A stretch of 64,000 bases of DNA from Candidatus Latescibacterota bacterium (GTDB taxonomy: Bacteria; Latescibacterota; UBA2968), in the NCBI GenBank assembly GCA_965204375.1, contig OZ241986.1, positions 4,768,001-4,832,000 on the forward strand. Direction: 5' to 3'. Shown piece after piece: positions 46,107-56,030 of the stretch. Position 1 is the first letter of the stretch. Every line of letters starts with the position of its first letter. The notes under the pieces are model-generated. The model did not search any database. It was not told the origin of the DNA and worked only from the letters and a program-made list of their open reading frames with translations. The translations under genes and the position numbers were made by a program.

Positions 46107-49100
46107 TTAGAAAGACCAGCGCACGCCGAGATGGATATCTCGCGGATTGACATAGAACAAGTACGACCGCTGCGACATCACACTTGGATCCAGCTCTGTG
46201 CCCGGCTTATCGCCTTCTTGCAAGTTTCCGCTCGCATCCACAGTCCAGCCCAATGCTTCCATATACCTCTTAAAGTTATTACCCGAACTGGTACCGAGAT
46301 GGGACCGCGTATCCCATATCCGGGACGTAGAAGTCGTGGTAACATTCTTGAAGTTGAGCGGATTGCGAATCTCCAGATAAACCGTTGGCGCCATCTTCAC
46401 GTCAAACATCTTGGCAAACCGCAGATCCAGAAGTCTGGTTGACTGCCACTGTGCGTTATCCACAGAGCGCAGTGCCACGTCGTTGGATGGGTTGTAGTTA
46501 AACCACGAACCTGCCTGATGGCGGTAATAAAGGTTGGCTTCCCAGCCCCCCTTCAACATGCGCTGCTCGCCTCCGTAATCCAGCGGCGTGCGGAAATTCA
46601 AGCCAAACTTCAAAATCGGCCGCGCCTTAAAGCGCGGATTCGCACCAGCGGGACTGCTCTCGATCAAGCGGTAGGACGCTGTCGATACGGTCTGCGCGTC
46701 GTATATGCGCTCCCAGCGCACGATGCGCTTGCGCTCGGCGCGGAACTCGTAGGACAAAAAGCCCGTCACAAATTGCCCGCGTGCCTTGCGCACAGACAAC
46801 TCGAACCCGCGAATATCCTTCACATTCCCATTCATGTGGAACCGCGTGCTGCGACGCGTGGTATTCTGGACATACACCCTTCCTCGTTCCGTGTCTTTCT
46901 CGATGTCTTTGAAGAACACCGTGCCATTGAACAGATACTGATTGGCAAAATTCCGCTCGTAACCCAGTTCATAAGCTATTGTCACGGGCATGTCCAGCCA
47001 CGGATTGCCAAACTGCTCCAACGGCTCGCCCAGACCGCTCTGCGTCTGATACAAATCCACAGATGTCGGGATCTGTGCAAAGTGACCGTAGTTGAAGAAC
47101 AACTTGCTCTCCGCCGTAATCGGATGCGATATACCTACCCGAGGACTCAGCTTCCACTTTGTGGGCGGGCGTATAGCCTCTGCCTTGGAATACAGCAACA
47201 CGGCATTGGAACCCATCCACTCGGCGTGTACCTCATTGGGAATATCGAAGTACTTATCTGGCCGGTGGAAGTCCAGGCGCAGACCCGCATTTACCACAAT
47301 CTGGCGATACTCCATGCGATCCTGCAAGAACACGCCGCCATAAAGCGGGGTGCGGACCCAGTAATTGTGGAAGTCAGCCGTATCCGTTACTTCCATATTG
47401 GCGGGATCGTCGAGATTGCCCGGACGGAAATTGACGTCTTCCAGGGTCGGATCCTGTACTGAAGAGGCAAAACCGCGGATCTCGCGCAGGAAGAAGTGAT
47501 GCACCTGCACACCGGCTTTGATCTGGTGATTCGGCGTTACTTGAGACGTAATATCAAACGTGTAATCGTCTTCCCAGGTATAAGACCAGTCGCCCGAACG
47601 CGCCGGGTTGCCGTCGCCACCGCGCATGCGGTAAGCACCCAGAAGGTCGAAGGTTCCAGGCTTATACGTAAAGCCCTTGGGACCTTCGTCCAGGATCACG
47701 GCACCCGCGGCCTGAGCCGCCTGATAGCTGCTCGCGGTGACTTCCTCAACGCGGCCATCCGGGTACACTGCTGCGGCAGGCTCACCGCGCTTCTGCAGGG
47801 GTTGCCAAGAAGCCTCAAAGTCGGCTTTACCCACGCGCACCGACAGGTTGTAGAACGTCCTGGGAGACAGCGTGTGTGTCCACGTCAAAGTGCCATACCG
47901 ACGGTCAATGGTTTCGATATTGCTGCCCGAACCCATCGCAAAAATATTCCGCGTACGCAAATTGCTCACTTCAAAAGCAGGCGTGCGGGCAAATGTGCCC
48001 AAAAAGTTTCCGTACTTCGCACCCTGAGACCAGCCCTTCAGGAAGCCCAAAGATAGCTTGGTCGTCGCTGTGGGCGTGAAGATCGCCTTGGCCTGCCAGG
48101 TATCGTCGCGATAATTGGGAACGGCCATCGTCCACGTATAAGCCGATTTTTCCCGGCGCGTGGAAAGCAAGAACGACACCTTGTCTTGCACGAGCGGCCC
48201 ACCAACGGTCACATCGTAGGTATAATCCGCATCGCGGTCTGTGGCGTCGAAGTTCTGCTGATACGGATAGTCTTCATCCTGTGCAAAAGGACCTATGCCG
48301 CTGGCTTCGGTCGCGATTCCGCCGACCTTCCGGTGCTGGAAATCCCAGATACCCTTGGCCTGCTGAGGCGTCGAAATCACGTCTTCGAAGGGACCGGCTT
48401 TCCATTCGCCAGCAGGTCCACCCTTATCCTGGAATATATTATTCCAGCCAGCGAAATCCGGATTGCCGTCGCCATCTCTATCGGCAGTCGGCGACATGCT
48501 CTGGAACCGCCCCACATCCCACCAGTTATCGGTGCTGTACATCGTGGGACCAAAATACTTATTCGCTGCGGGACTCCACCGCAGGTCGCCAGCCGTGGTC
48601 CAGGCGCGAGGCTCGCGGTTGACCACGTTGATCACACCGCTGCGCACATCGCCGTACTCGGCATTGAACCCGCCCTTCAGAATTTGAACCTCCTGAAGTG
48701 CTGTCTTGGAAAAGGACGAATATGGACGGTTGTCCCGGCTGTCTTTCATGCTCACGCCGTCAACCATATAAACGATCTCGGTCTCGTTGCCACCGCGGAT
48801 ATTCAAACCCCAGCTATCCGTATCCACACCCACCTGCGTGGCAAACGCATCGCGCAACCGGGGTCCCACTGGCGGGGACTCGATCTCTTTGGCAGACATA
48901 ATCACCTGCGTATAAGACACGTCCATCTCAACCGGTGGACGCTCTGCTGTCACCGTGATCTCTGCCAACTCTGCCGTTGTCTCGCCAAGCGAGAAGTTCA
49001 ACGGCGTGGTGCGGTCAATCGAAACCGCCACATCGCGCTGCGTCACGGCGCGATAACCCACCAGCGATGCCGTGACCTCATACACGCCCGGGTTGACGCG

Positions 49101-49313
49101 AATGATAAAGTATTCACCATTGACATCTGCTGTGGCACCCATTCTTGTGCCTACAATCACCACGTTGGCACCCGGCAGAGGTTCGCCGGTACCGGAATCG
49201 GTAATGCGACCCGAAATTTTACCCGTGGTGGTCTGCGCGTCGGCCTGATACGTCAGCCCAAACCCCAGCGCAATGGCAAGCAAGGCTATAAACCCAGCTC
49301 TTAAACGATACAT
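46107..49313 (-). CDS. TonB-dependent receptor with a carboxypeptidase-regulatory-like N-domain
   Basis: TGKISGRITD..GEPLPGANV, IRGG, GGFNAEYG, LSPRVGISHPIT; C-terminal Phe. Confidence 0.93.
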   Translation of the reverse strand: MYRLRAGFIALLAIALGFGLTYQADAQTTTGKISGRITDSGTGEPLPGANVVIVGTRMGATADVNGEYFIIRVNPGVYEVTASLVGYRAVTQRDVAVSIDRTTPLNFSLGETTAELAEITVTAERPPVEMDVSYTQVIMSAKEIESPPVGPRLRDAFATQVGVDTDSWGLNIRGGNETEIVYMVDGVSMKDSRDNRPYSSFSKTALQEVQILKGGFNAEYGDVRSGVINVVNREPRAWTTAGDLRWSPAANKYFGPTMYSTDNWWDVGRFQSMSPTADRDGDGNPDFAGWNNIFQDKGGPAGEWKAGPFEDVISTPQQAKGIWDFQHRKVGGIATEASGIGPFAQDEDYPYQQNFDATDRDADYTYDVTVGGPLVQDKVSFLLSTRREKSAYTWTMAVPNYRDDTWQAKAIFTPTATTKLSLGFLKGWSQGAKYGNFLGTFARTPAFEVSNLRTRNIFAMGSGSNIETIDRRYGTLTWTHTLSPRTFYNLSVRVGKADFEASWQPLQKRGEPAAAVYPDGRVEEVTASSYQAAQAAGAVILDEGPKGFTYKPGTFDLLGAYRMRGGDGNPARSGDWSYTWEDDYTFDITSQVTPNHQIKAGVQVHHFFLREIRGFASSVQDPTLEDVNFRPGNLDDPANMEVTDTADFHNYWVRTPLYGGVFLQDRMEYRQIVVNAGLRLDFHRPDKYFDIPNEVHAEWMGSNAVLLYSKAEAIRPPTKWKLSPRVGISHPITAESKLFFNYGHFAQIPTSVDLYQTQSGLGEPLEQFGNPWLDMPVTIAYELGYERNFANQYLFNGTVFFKDIEKDTERGRVYVQNTTRRSTRFHMNGNVKDIRGFELSVRKARGQFVTGFLSYEFRAERKRIVRWERIYDAQTVSTASYRLIESSPAGANPRFKARPILKFGLNFRTPLDYGGEQRMLKGGWEANLYYRHQAGSWFNYNPSNDVALRSVDNAQWQSTRLLDLRFAKMFDVKMAPTVYLEIRNPLNFKNVTTTSTSRIWDTRSHLGTSSGNNFKRYMEALGWTVDASGNLQEGDKPGTELDPSVMSQRSYLFYVNPRDIHLGVRWSF

Positions 49314-49518
49314 AAACTCCTCCTTTGGTTTCTTCCCCCGGCTTTGGGAAAGATAAGGGAAAAGCCACCCTGGCTCATCCCGTGAAACGTCTCCTACAAC
49401 GGAGAAAACTACCCACTACAACAAAATGCTATCGATAAGCCCTTAAATCACCTCCTTAACAATCCCCTCCCTGTAAGTTTTAAAGCGGGCTTGAATGCCC
49501 CACCCCCTTTCGGTCTAT

Positions 49519-49584
49519 GATATTGGTTCTCACTATAAACGATATTGGTTCTCACTATAAACGATATTGGTTCTCACTATAAAC
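49519..49584. repeat. Perfect tandem repeat, 3 x 22 bp
   Basis: GATATTGGTTCTCACTATAAAC three times with no spacers. Confidence 0.92.
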
Positions 49585-49890
49585 GTCTAACATAATTTCC
49601 GATAAATCCACAAGTGTCCAATTTAATATGCACCTCAAAACCTGTCAAGTGTTATAGGCCAAAATACAGTAGATGTAAATACTGTCCGTAACATTTTGTT
49701 TTTCAAAAACTTAAAGTTTAAATTATCGGAATTTAAAAAAATAACTTGCTGAAATCAAAAAAGTGAGCCATTGCACAAACAAAAATGCCCTGCACTATTC
49801 GGCATTTCGGCTATTTCATCTGGTCAAATACCAAATAGAGCCGCAACACTTCATTGCCCTTTATTTCCGATAAGTGGATGCGTCAAGGAT

Positions 49891-50067
49891 GGCAGTGCCC
49901 GCATTGGATCGGCGCAGTCCCTCGCAACAGCGGGTGCATCGGTTGTCGAAATGCAAATCGCAGGGCGATGGCGCGATACATCTATGCCCGCGCACTATGC
50001 CCGCGCCCAACTCGCCGGCACTGGCGCCGTAGCGCGGTTGCGATATGGATGTGAAAAGAAACAATAA
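49891..50067 (+). pseudogene. C-terminal fragment of a Cre-like tyrosine recombinase
   Basis: SARIGSAQSLATAGASVVEMQIAGRWRDTSMPAHYAR retains the R..W..Y catalytic segment; the rest is missing. Confidence 0.8.
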
Positions 50068-50093
50068 AGCCCCGTATAGTGCGGGGCTTTATT
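50062..50093. terminator. Bidirectional terminator
   Basis: AATAAAGCCCCG-TATAGTG-CGGGGCTTTATT. Confidence 0.8.
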
Positions 50094-50123
50094 GTAATCT
50101 TTCATCACATTATTTTTTCCTTT

Positions 50124-50828
50124 TCAAAACCTTGATACCTCAATCGTTACTAAGCCGTCTCTATTTTCTTTAATAGATGGAGATGGCGCAATATCAGAGG
50201 GCATAGGAACTAAGCGGTTATACACAAAGGGCTTTTCCACGAAAATTCCGAGGCATCGGTATTCAGGATAAGCTTCCACTTTGATAACCTGAGCACTGGG
50301 TAAATAGGTCCGGACAACATACGCAGAATCATCCTTCGAAATTGAGGTGCTATAGTAGGCATCTATCATCTGGATGAAATCTATGTCATAAGATAACCCA
50401 GGGAGATAAACACCTGTGTCTTCTCGAACATAGCTACCCGATAAATATTCTTCGTAATTCTCTTTATAATTCTGATTGAGCTTCCTAATGATCTTCTCGA
50501 TATTATCGCGTAATTCCTCATTATCGCGTAACGGCTTGGAGAATTGCTTAAACAATTCCTCGCGTGATTTCTCATATTTTTTTTCATGAAATTTTACAGT
50601 TTTTTTTATAAAGAAACGTCTGATTCCGTTTCCACCAACAAAATGTCTCAGAAACTCAGAAGGAATGATAAGGGCTAAAGAGATCAATACGACATTGTAA
50701 ATAATCTCGTCTGTAAGCTCATTAGACCACCCCACATACAAAAAGCAGATAAACCCTACGATGAGGAGTTCTCCAAACAGCCAACGCGAGGAGGGAGCAA
50801 AGATTTTTGAAGGTGTATCAGGATTCAT
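50124..50828 (-). CDS. Hypothetical protein with two N-terminal transmembrane helices
   Basis: 234-aa AT-rich ORF with two hydrophobic segments followed by a charged helix. Confidence 0.7.
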   Translation of the reverse strand: MNPDTPSKIFAPSSRWLFGELLIVGFICFLYVGWSNELTDEIIYNVVLISLALIIPSEFLRHFVGGNGIRRFFIKKTVKFHEKKYEKSREELFKQFSKPLRDNEELRDNIEKIIRKLNQNYKENYEEYLSGSYVREDTGVYLPGLSYDIDFIQMIDAYYSTSISKDDSAYVVRTYLPSAQVIKVEAYPEYRCLGIFVEKPFVYNRLVPMPSDIAPSPSIKENRDGLVTIEVSRF

Positions 50829-51150
50829 TTCTAAATTCTTTCCATTGCTTTTTCATGGTTTTTAATAAGGTAAAAACAGCATTTGTGATGATAGAAACCA
50901 AAGCCACGATATCAAAAATCGTCACCAGGGTTTTGGTAAATTGCAAAGGAAAATAAGATTCAACCTCTCCAGGATTTTCTTCTACAGGTATTATCTCGTG
51001 TAGCCAGAGGACACAGACACGAAATATCCTGAGACCTGCTACCACTACCAGAACTGAAAAAATATCTTTAAAGAAATCAAATAGGAAATTGAAGCGAGGA
51101 TACTTTTCTCTTTGGCTCCTCCAGGATTGAAACAATCGCAAAATATTCAT
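50818..51150 (-). CDS. Hypothetical two-TM membrane protein
   Basis: 110-aa ORF overlapping the start of the next gene. Confidence 0.65.
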   Translation of the reverse strand: MNILRLFQSWRSQREKYPRFNFLFDFFKDIFSVLVVVAGLRIFRVCVLWLHEIIPVEENPGEVESYFPLQFTKTLVTIFDIVALVSIITNAVFTLLKTMKKQWKEFRNES

Positions 51151-51543
51151 ATAAAACCATTTGTGTACTAAAATACCCGATAGCCTCTCCTAACGCAAAT
51201 TCTGTAGCCCTTGTTAGGAATGTTGTGCTTAATTGAAATATAACCCTAAAAGGTAATATTAGCCAAATAGATTTCTTGCCCAGGTAGCTCGGTCAAGCTG
51301 GTCAACACGATCTATTCTCAGTCTGAAACGCCTCTATTGCGACCCTGTAGAGTTTCTGCGATCTCATAAGAGGGCATAGCTAAACAATACTGTCCTGCGA
51401 TATTCGGCATTTCGGCTATTTCATCAATTTGTGAATCCAAAGCACTTGTATAAGCGTGTAACACTCCTAAGACCCTGTATAATTTTCTTGTCACAGACCA
51501 CAATTTTCGTTATTTATATATCTTAGATTCACAATCATTATAG

Positions 51544-51578
51544 TGTAAATAAATGTAAATAATGTAAATAAATGTAAA
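51544..51578 (+). repeat. Four TGTAAA boxes at 9-10 bp period before the RBS
   Basis: TGTAAATAAATGTAAATAATGTAAATAAATGTAAA. Confidence 0.6.
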
Positions 51579-51601
51579 CCGCAAAGGAAAAGGAGCCCCC
51601 C

Positions 51602-52873
51602 ATGAAATCACTGAACCGGCGCACATTTCTCAGGAATGCAGGTGTTTGTCTGGCATTGCCGTTTTTAGACGCCATGATCCCCGTGGGCCGGGCTGCGAGT
51701 CAGGCATTTGCCCTTGCCCGCGAACAGGCCGCAAAGCGGCTGGTATGTATTGGCAATCCCTTCGGAATGATCCCCGAGCGATTCTTCCCAACGGGAAGTG
51801 GAGCAAATTACACACTCCCTTCACTCCTGCAACCACTATCAGCGCACCAGCGAGATTTCACAATCTTCTCCAACCTGGACCACGGCGTAACCGGCGGACA
51901 CCGCACCGCGCATACATTCTTGAGCGGCATCCGCATCAAAGACGCGAAAATGATGCCCGAAGGCAACATCAGCATCGATCAAAAAGCCGCGGAATTTGTG
52001 GGCGTCAACACGCGGTTCCCCTCGTTAAACGTAAGCATCAATGGCCACTGCGAAATGGTCTGGACGCGCACGGGCGTGCGCGTGCCGCCAATTAACAATC
52101 CCCAAAAAGTATTCCAGGCACTCTTTGTAGATACCACCGCACAGGAAAAAGAACGGCGTGCAATCGCGCTCGAGCAGCACGGCAGCATCTTAGACGCCGT
52201 AATGGGAGAAGCGCGATCCTTTGAGCGCAAACTGGGCCAAAGAGACCGGGAAAAGCTGGAAGAATATCTGACCTCTGTGCGCACAGTCGAGAAAAAGCTG
52301 GGCATGTCCAAAGCGTGGCTGGACAAACCCAAACCCCAGGTCAATATGGAAATGCCGGAAAATGGTCCCTTTGTCGAAACCCTGCCCTTGATGTACGACC
52401 TCATTGCCCTATCACTCCAAACAGATTCCACACGGATTGCGACCCTGGAAGTGGGCCAGGGAATCAAAACCACGGACCTGGGCTTAAATACGAATTACCA
52501 CAAATACTCACACCACGGCAAATTGCCCGAACTCATGGAAGGCCTGACAGTCATCGAAAAATATCAGATGAAACACCTGGGCCTGTTCTTTGACAAGCTC
52601 AAAGCCATTGAAGACCCCGCCGGGGGAACCCTGTTTGACCACACCATGGTATTATCGGGCAGTGGCATGGGCAATGGCAGTTCGCACTCCAACAAAAACC
52701 TGCCCATCTTGCTCGCGGGTGGCGGATTCAATCACGGGCAGCACATGGTATTTCCAGAAGCAAAGCCCCAGCGCGTTCCACTGAGCAACCTGTACCTATC
52801 GATGTTGCAGAATTTTGGACTGGAAATCGATCACTTCGGCCAGAGCACCGGCACGCTAAAAGGATTTGAATAA
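51602..52873 (+). CDS. DUF1552 domain protein with a Tat-like N-terminus
   Basis: RRTFLRNAG..LALPFLDAM, LEEYLTSVR, DSTRIAT and NLPILLAGG. Confidence 0.9.
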   Translation: MKSLNRRTFLRNAGVCLALPFLDAMIPVGRAASQAFALAREQAAKRLVCIGNPFGMIPERFFPTGSGANYTLPSLLQPLSAHQRDFTIFSNLDHGVTGGHRTAHTFLSGIRIKDAKMMPEGNISIDQKAAEFVGVNTRFPSLNVSINGHCEMVWTRTGVRVPPINNPQKVFQALFVDTTAQEKERRAIALEQHGSILDAVMGEARSFERKLGQRDREKLEEYLTSVRTVEKKLGMSKAWLDKPKPQVNMEMPENGPFVETLPLMYDLIALSLQTDSTRIATLEVGQGIKTTDLGLNTNYHKYSHHGKLPELMEGLTVIEKYQMKHLGLFFDKLKAIEDPAGGTLFDHTMVLSGSGMGNGSSHSNKNLPILLAGGGFNHGQHMVFPEAKPQRVPLSNLYLSMLQNFGLEIDHFGQSTGTLKGFE

Positions 52874-52875
52874 AA

Positions 52876-55341
52876 ATGAAAAAAAGCGTTCTATTCCTCC
52901 TGATTGGCATCTTGTCCTCATCGACTGCCTGGGCAGAAGGGGATGCGACATACAAAAATACCGTGCGGACATTTCTATCCCAGCGGTGTTATAAATGCCA
53001 CGGCGCAGAGCTTCAAAAAGCAGACCTGCGGTTTGACACCCTCACGTTGGATTTTCACAATGAAGATGTCTTGCTAACCTGGCAAAATATCGCCGACATG
53101 TTAAACCTCGGCTTAATGCCACCCTATGAAGAGCCGCAGCCCGAACTGGCGGAAATGAAGCCCGTGATCGACTGGATCACCGCCTCGCTAAAAGCGCATC
53201 ACGAAGCCGAAGAAAGCACGGGCGGACAAACGGTCTTGCGCCGCTTGAATCGGAACGAATACCGCAACACAATTCGGGATCTATTGCATCTGGACATGAC
53301 CATATTCGACCCCACAGATGCATTTCCCCAGGACGATGAAGAACACGGATTCGACAACATCGGCAAAACACTCGTCATGTCGGATTTTCTGGTCGAAAAA
53401 TATCTCGACGCCGCCGATCAAATCATACAACGCGCCGTATTACCCGCCCCCCAACCAGAAGTAAAAACTCACGAATTCACCTTTCCCATCATGCGCAGTG
53501 CCGGTGGATTTTTGACACCGGCAAGCCGCCGCTTGAAACAGGGATACGACGAGATATTCCGTCGCCCTGATGACCGATGGGGATATATGTCCATCGACAG
53601 ATTCCGAAAAGGCGTACCGCATTCGGGAATGTACCGCGTTCGCGTTCTCGCATCTGCACACAACCAGCAACACCCCTACGACAGAATGCTGCGAACAGAT
53701 GAAAATGAACCCATACGCATGGGCATTGTCGCCGCATCCGGGCGTTATGGCGACCTGCGGCAGAGCAACACATCGGATATAACACTGGCCGAATTTGAAA
53801 TGATCGCAGATGGCAAACCCCGCGGTTACGAACGCGAACTCTATCTGGATGAGTCTTATGTGCCGCGGGTCACCTATCCAAACGGACCTGTCACGCTCTA
53901 TTGGCGGAGTATTCTGAGGCGTTACCATCCCCAACTCTACGACAAAACAGACCGACGCAAACTATCTCAACGAGAAGATCTAGAACTCGTACACCGGCAA
54001 ACAGAAGTCGCAGTCATGAACTATCTGGGACCGAGCATTCGCATATACAAAGTCGAAATCGAAGGTCCCCTTTACGATCAGTGGCCCCCGCCTTCGCACA
54101 CGAGCATATTTGGCAAGCGCAATCCCGAAAAAGTCGTACCGCGCGATATTCTGACGCGCTTTGCAACCCGCGCGTATCGCCGCCCGGTCAAACAGAGTGA
54201 AATCGCGCACATCCTGCAACTGGTTGAGCAACGGGAAAAAGCGGGAGCCTCGCGCGTTCAGGCCATCAAAATGGGCTTAAAAGCCATCTTGTGTTCGCCC
54301 AATTTCCTCTATCTCTACGAAAACGAAGGCCAATTAGAAGACTACGCCCTCGCGTCCAAGCTATCGTATTTTCTCTGGTCATCCATGCCCGATGAAGAAT
54401 TATTTGAGCAGGCCAGGAAAAAGCGATTGCACAAACCAGACGTTTTGCGCGCGCAAATTAATCGCATGTTAAAAGACGAAAAAGCGCAGGCATTTGTAGA
54501 GAACTTCACAGAGCGCTGGTTGGCCCTGTACAAAATCGGCGAAATGCCGCCCGACCCGCGCAATTTCCGACTGTACTATCAGGCGCATCTCGAAGGCGCG
54601 ATCAAAAAAGAAACCCACGCCTTCTTCCAGCACATCCTGGACAAAAACATGAGCATCGCGCATTTCATCGACTCGGACTTCACCTTCATCAACCGCGACC
54701 TGAGCTTGTTATACCGCATAGAAGGCGTAGAGGGCAGGGAATTTCGCAAAGTAAAACTCGACGACCCCAAACGCGGTGGCCTATTGGGACACGCCAGCGT
54801 ATTGACGGCAACATCGAACGGAATCGAAACATCGCCCGTGGTGCGCGGGGTATGGGTATTGGAAAACATATTGGGCATAACACCCCCACCTCCACTGCCC
54901 GATATCGAACCGCTCGAACCCGATATTCGGGGATCGACGACCATTCGCCAGCAATTGGCAAGCCATCGTGAAATCGCCACCTGTAACGAATGCCATCGCC
55001 ACATCGATCCCATAGGCTTTGCACTGGAAAATTACAATCCCATAGGCGCGTGGCGATATGGTTACGGTCCCAAAAAACCAAAAATAGATGCGTCAGATGT
55101 CCTATCCGACGGCAGCAAATTCGATGACTTTGTGGGCTTTAAGAAAATTTTAATGCAAAAGAAAGACCAATTTGCCCGCTGCCTGACCGAAAAGATGCTC
55201 ACCTACGCGACTGGACGCACATTGGAAGCTACAGATCGTCCCGAAGTGGATCGCATCGTACACAATTTGAAAACACAGGGTTATGGCCTAAAAGACCTGG
55301 TCATGCTCGTGGCGACGAGTGAGCCATTCTTGACCAAATAA
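52876..55341 (+). CDS. Planctomycete-type cytochrome c / DUF1587-1595-1592-1588-1585 protein
   Basis: CYKCH and CNECH heme motifs; LRRLNRNEYRNTIRDLL, LSYFLWSSMPD and TSPVVRGVW. Confidence 0.92.
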   Translation: MKKSVLFLLIGILSSSTAWAEGDATYKNTVRTFLSQRCYKCHGAELQKADLRFDTLTLDFHNEDVLLTWQNIADMLNLGLMPPYEEPQPELAEMKPVIDWITASLKAHHEAEESTGGQTVLRRLNRNEYRNTIRDLLHLDMTIFDPTDAFPQDDEEHGFDNIGKTLVMSDFLVEKYLDAADQIIQRAVLPAPQPEVKTHEFTFPIMRSAGGFLTPASRRLKQGYDEIFRRPDDRWGYMSIDRFRKGVPHSGMYRVRVLASAHNQQHPYDRMLRTDENEPIRMGIVAASGRYGDLRQSNTSDITLAEFEMIADGKPRGYERELYLDESYVPRVTYPNGPVTLYWRSILRRYHPQLYDKTDRRKLSQREDLELVHRQTEVAVMNYLGPSIRIYKVEIEGPLYDQWPPPSHTSIFGKRNPEKVVPRDILTRFATRAYRRPVKQSEIAHILQLVEQREKAGASRVQAIKMGLKAILCSPNFLYLYENEGQLEDYALASKLSYFLWSSMPDEELFEQARKKRLHKPDVLRAQINRMLKDEKAQAFVENFTERWLALYKIGEMPPDPRNFRLYYQAHLEGAIKKETHAFFQHILDKNMSIAHFIDSDFTFINRDLSLLYRIEGVEGREFRKVKLDDPKRGGLLGHASVLTATSNGIETSPVVRGVWVLENILGITPPPPLPDIEPLEPDIRGSTTIRQQLASHREIATCNECHRHIDPIGFALENYNPIGAWRYGYGPKKPKIDASDVLSDGSKFDDFVGFKKILMQKKDQFARCLTEKMLTYATGRTLEATDRPEVDRIVHNLKTQGYGLKDLVMLVATSEPFLTK

Positions 55342-55363
55342 GTCGCCAACTTTGCATAAGGAC

Positions 55364-55403
55364 AAACAAAAAGCTCTGGTGTTATTGCCAGAGCTTTTTG
55401 TTT
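55364..55403. terminator. Bidirectional terminator
   Basis: AAACAAAAAGCTCTGG-8 nt-CCAGAGCTTTTTGTTT. Confidence 0.88.
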
Positions 55404-55431
55404 AGTTGAATTTTCACAGATTGTACAAACT

Positions 55432-55875
55432 CTACCGACCTGACAACATAAAATATGAGTTCCGAGCCAGAATATCTACCCCGTATTTTCCCGAGCCGAC
55501 AAATACAAACATCCCTGTAATCGCCAGGTACAGAAATGCCATCTCCTTCGTGCTGAATGGATCCGCTGCGTGTTGTAAGAACCCGGCCACCAGCATGGTA
55601 GAGCATATCAAAAACGCCCCAGGTCGCGTGAGTAAACCCAGTGCCAGCAACAGCCCGCCGCCAAACTCCGAAAAGGCTGCCACCCAGGCAAAAAACTCGG
55701 GAAAGGGAAACCCCATATCTCCCGTAGTGGTCACAAACCCCTCGGAAGGTGGGAGCTTTCCCAATCCATGTCCCAATGCCATACTCAACCCTGCAAATAC
55801 CCTGAGAATCGCCAACCCGACATTTGCTGGAATCGACTCAATAACCGCTCCACCAAACAGAAATTGCTTGATCAT
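55432..55875 (-). CDS. DoxX family membrane protein
   Basis: LRVFAG..HG..K, EFGGGLLLALGLLTR and GSGKYGVD. Confidence 0.9.
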   Translation of the reverse strand: MIKQFLFGGAVIESIPANVGLAILRVFAGLSMALGHGLGKLPPSEGFVTTTGDMGFPFPEFFAWVAAFSEFGGGLLLALGLLTRPGAFLICSTMLVAGFLQHAADPFSTKEMAFLYLAITGMFVFVGSGKYGVDILARNSYFMLSGR

Positions 55876-56030
55876 ATAATCAACCTCCCAATGGGGATTA
55901 TGTAGAATAGCACGGCCTCCGTTTGTTGCTTGTTGGCAAAATACTCGAAAATTTGTCCAGGAGCAACCGCAAATTTACCGATATGCACAGGAACCCATCT
56001 GGAGGATACTTTGATAGCAGCAAAACATTG

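Larger units (their letters stand above)
49796..51425. mobile_element. Degenerate integrative islet bounded by 25-bp direct repeats
   Basis: TATTCGGCATTTCGGCTATTTCATC at 49796-49820 and 51401-51425; AT-rich interior containing a recombinase remnant. Confidence 0.6.

Noticed and set aside
49519-49584. Possible CRISPR array
   Set aside because: The repeats abut with no spacers, and there are no cas genes in the window.
49585-49890. dif site (TTATGTTAGAC and ATTTCCGATAA arms)
   Set aside because: The arm-like words never pair in the 11-6-11 layout, and they lie 16 kb from the skew switch.
49771-49890. 5' part of the 98-aa ORF as real coding sequence
   Set aside because: It runs through the 25-bp repeat with no recombinase features; only the 3' part resembles an integrase.
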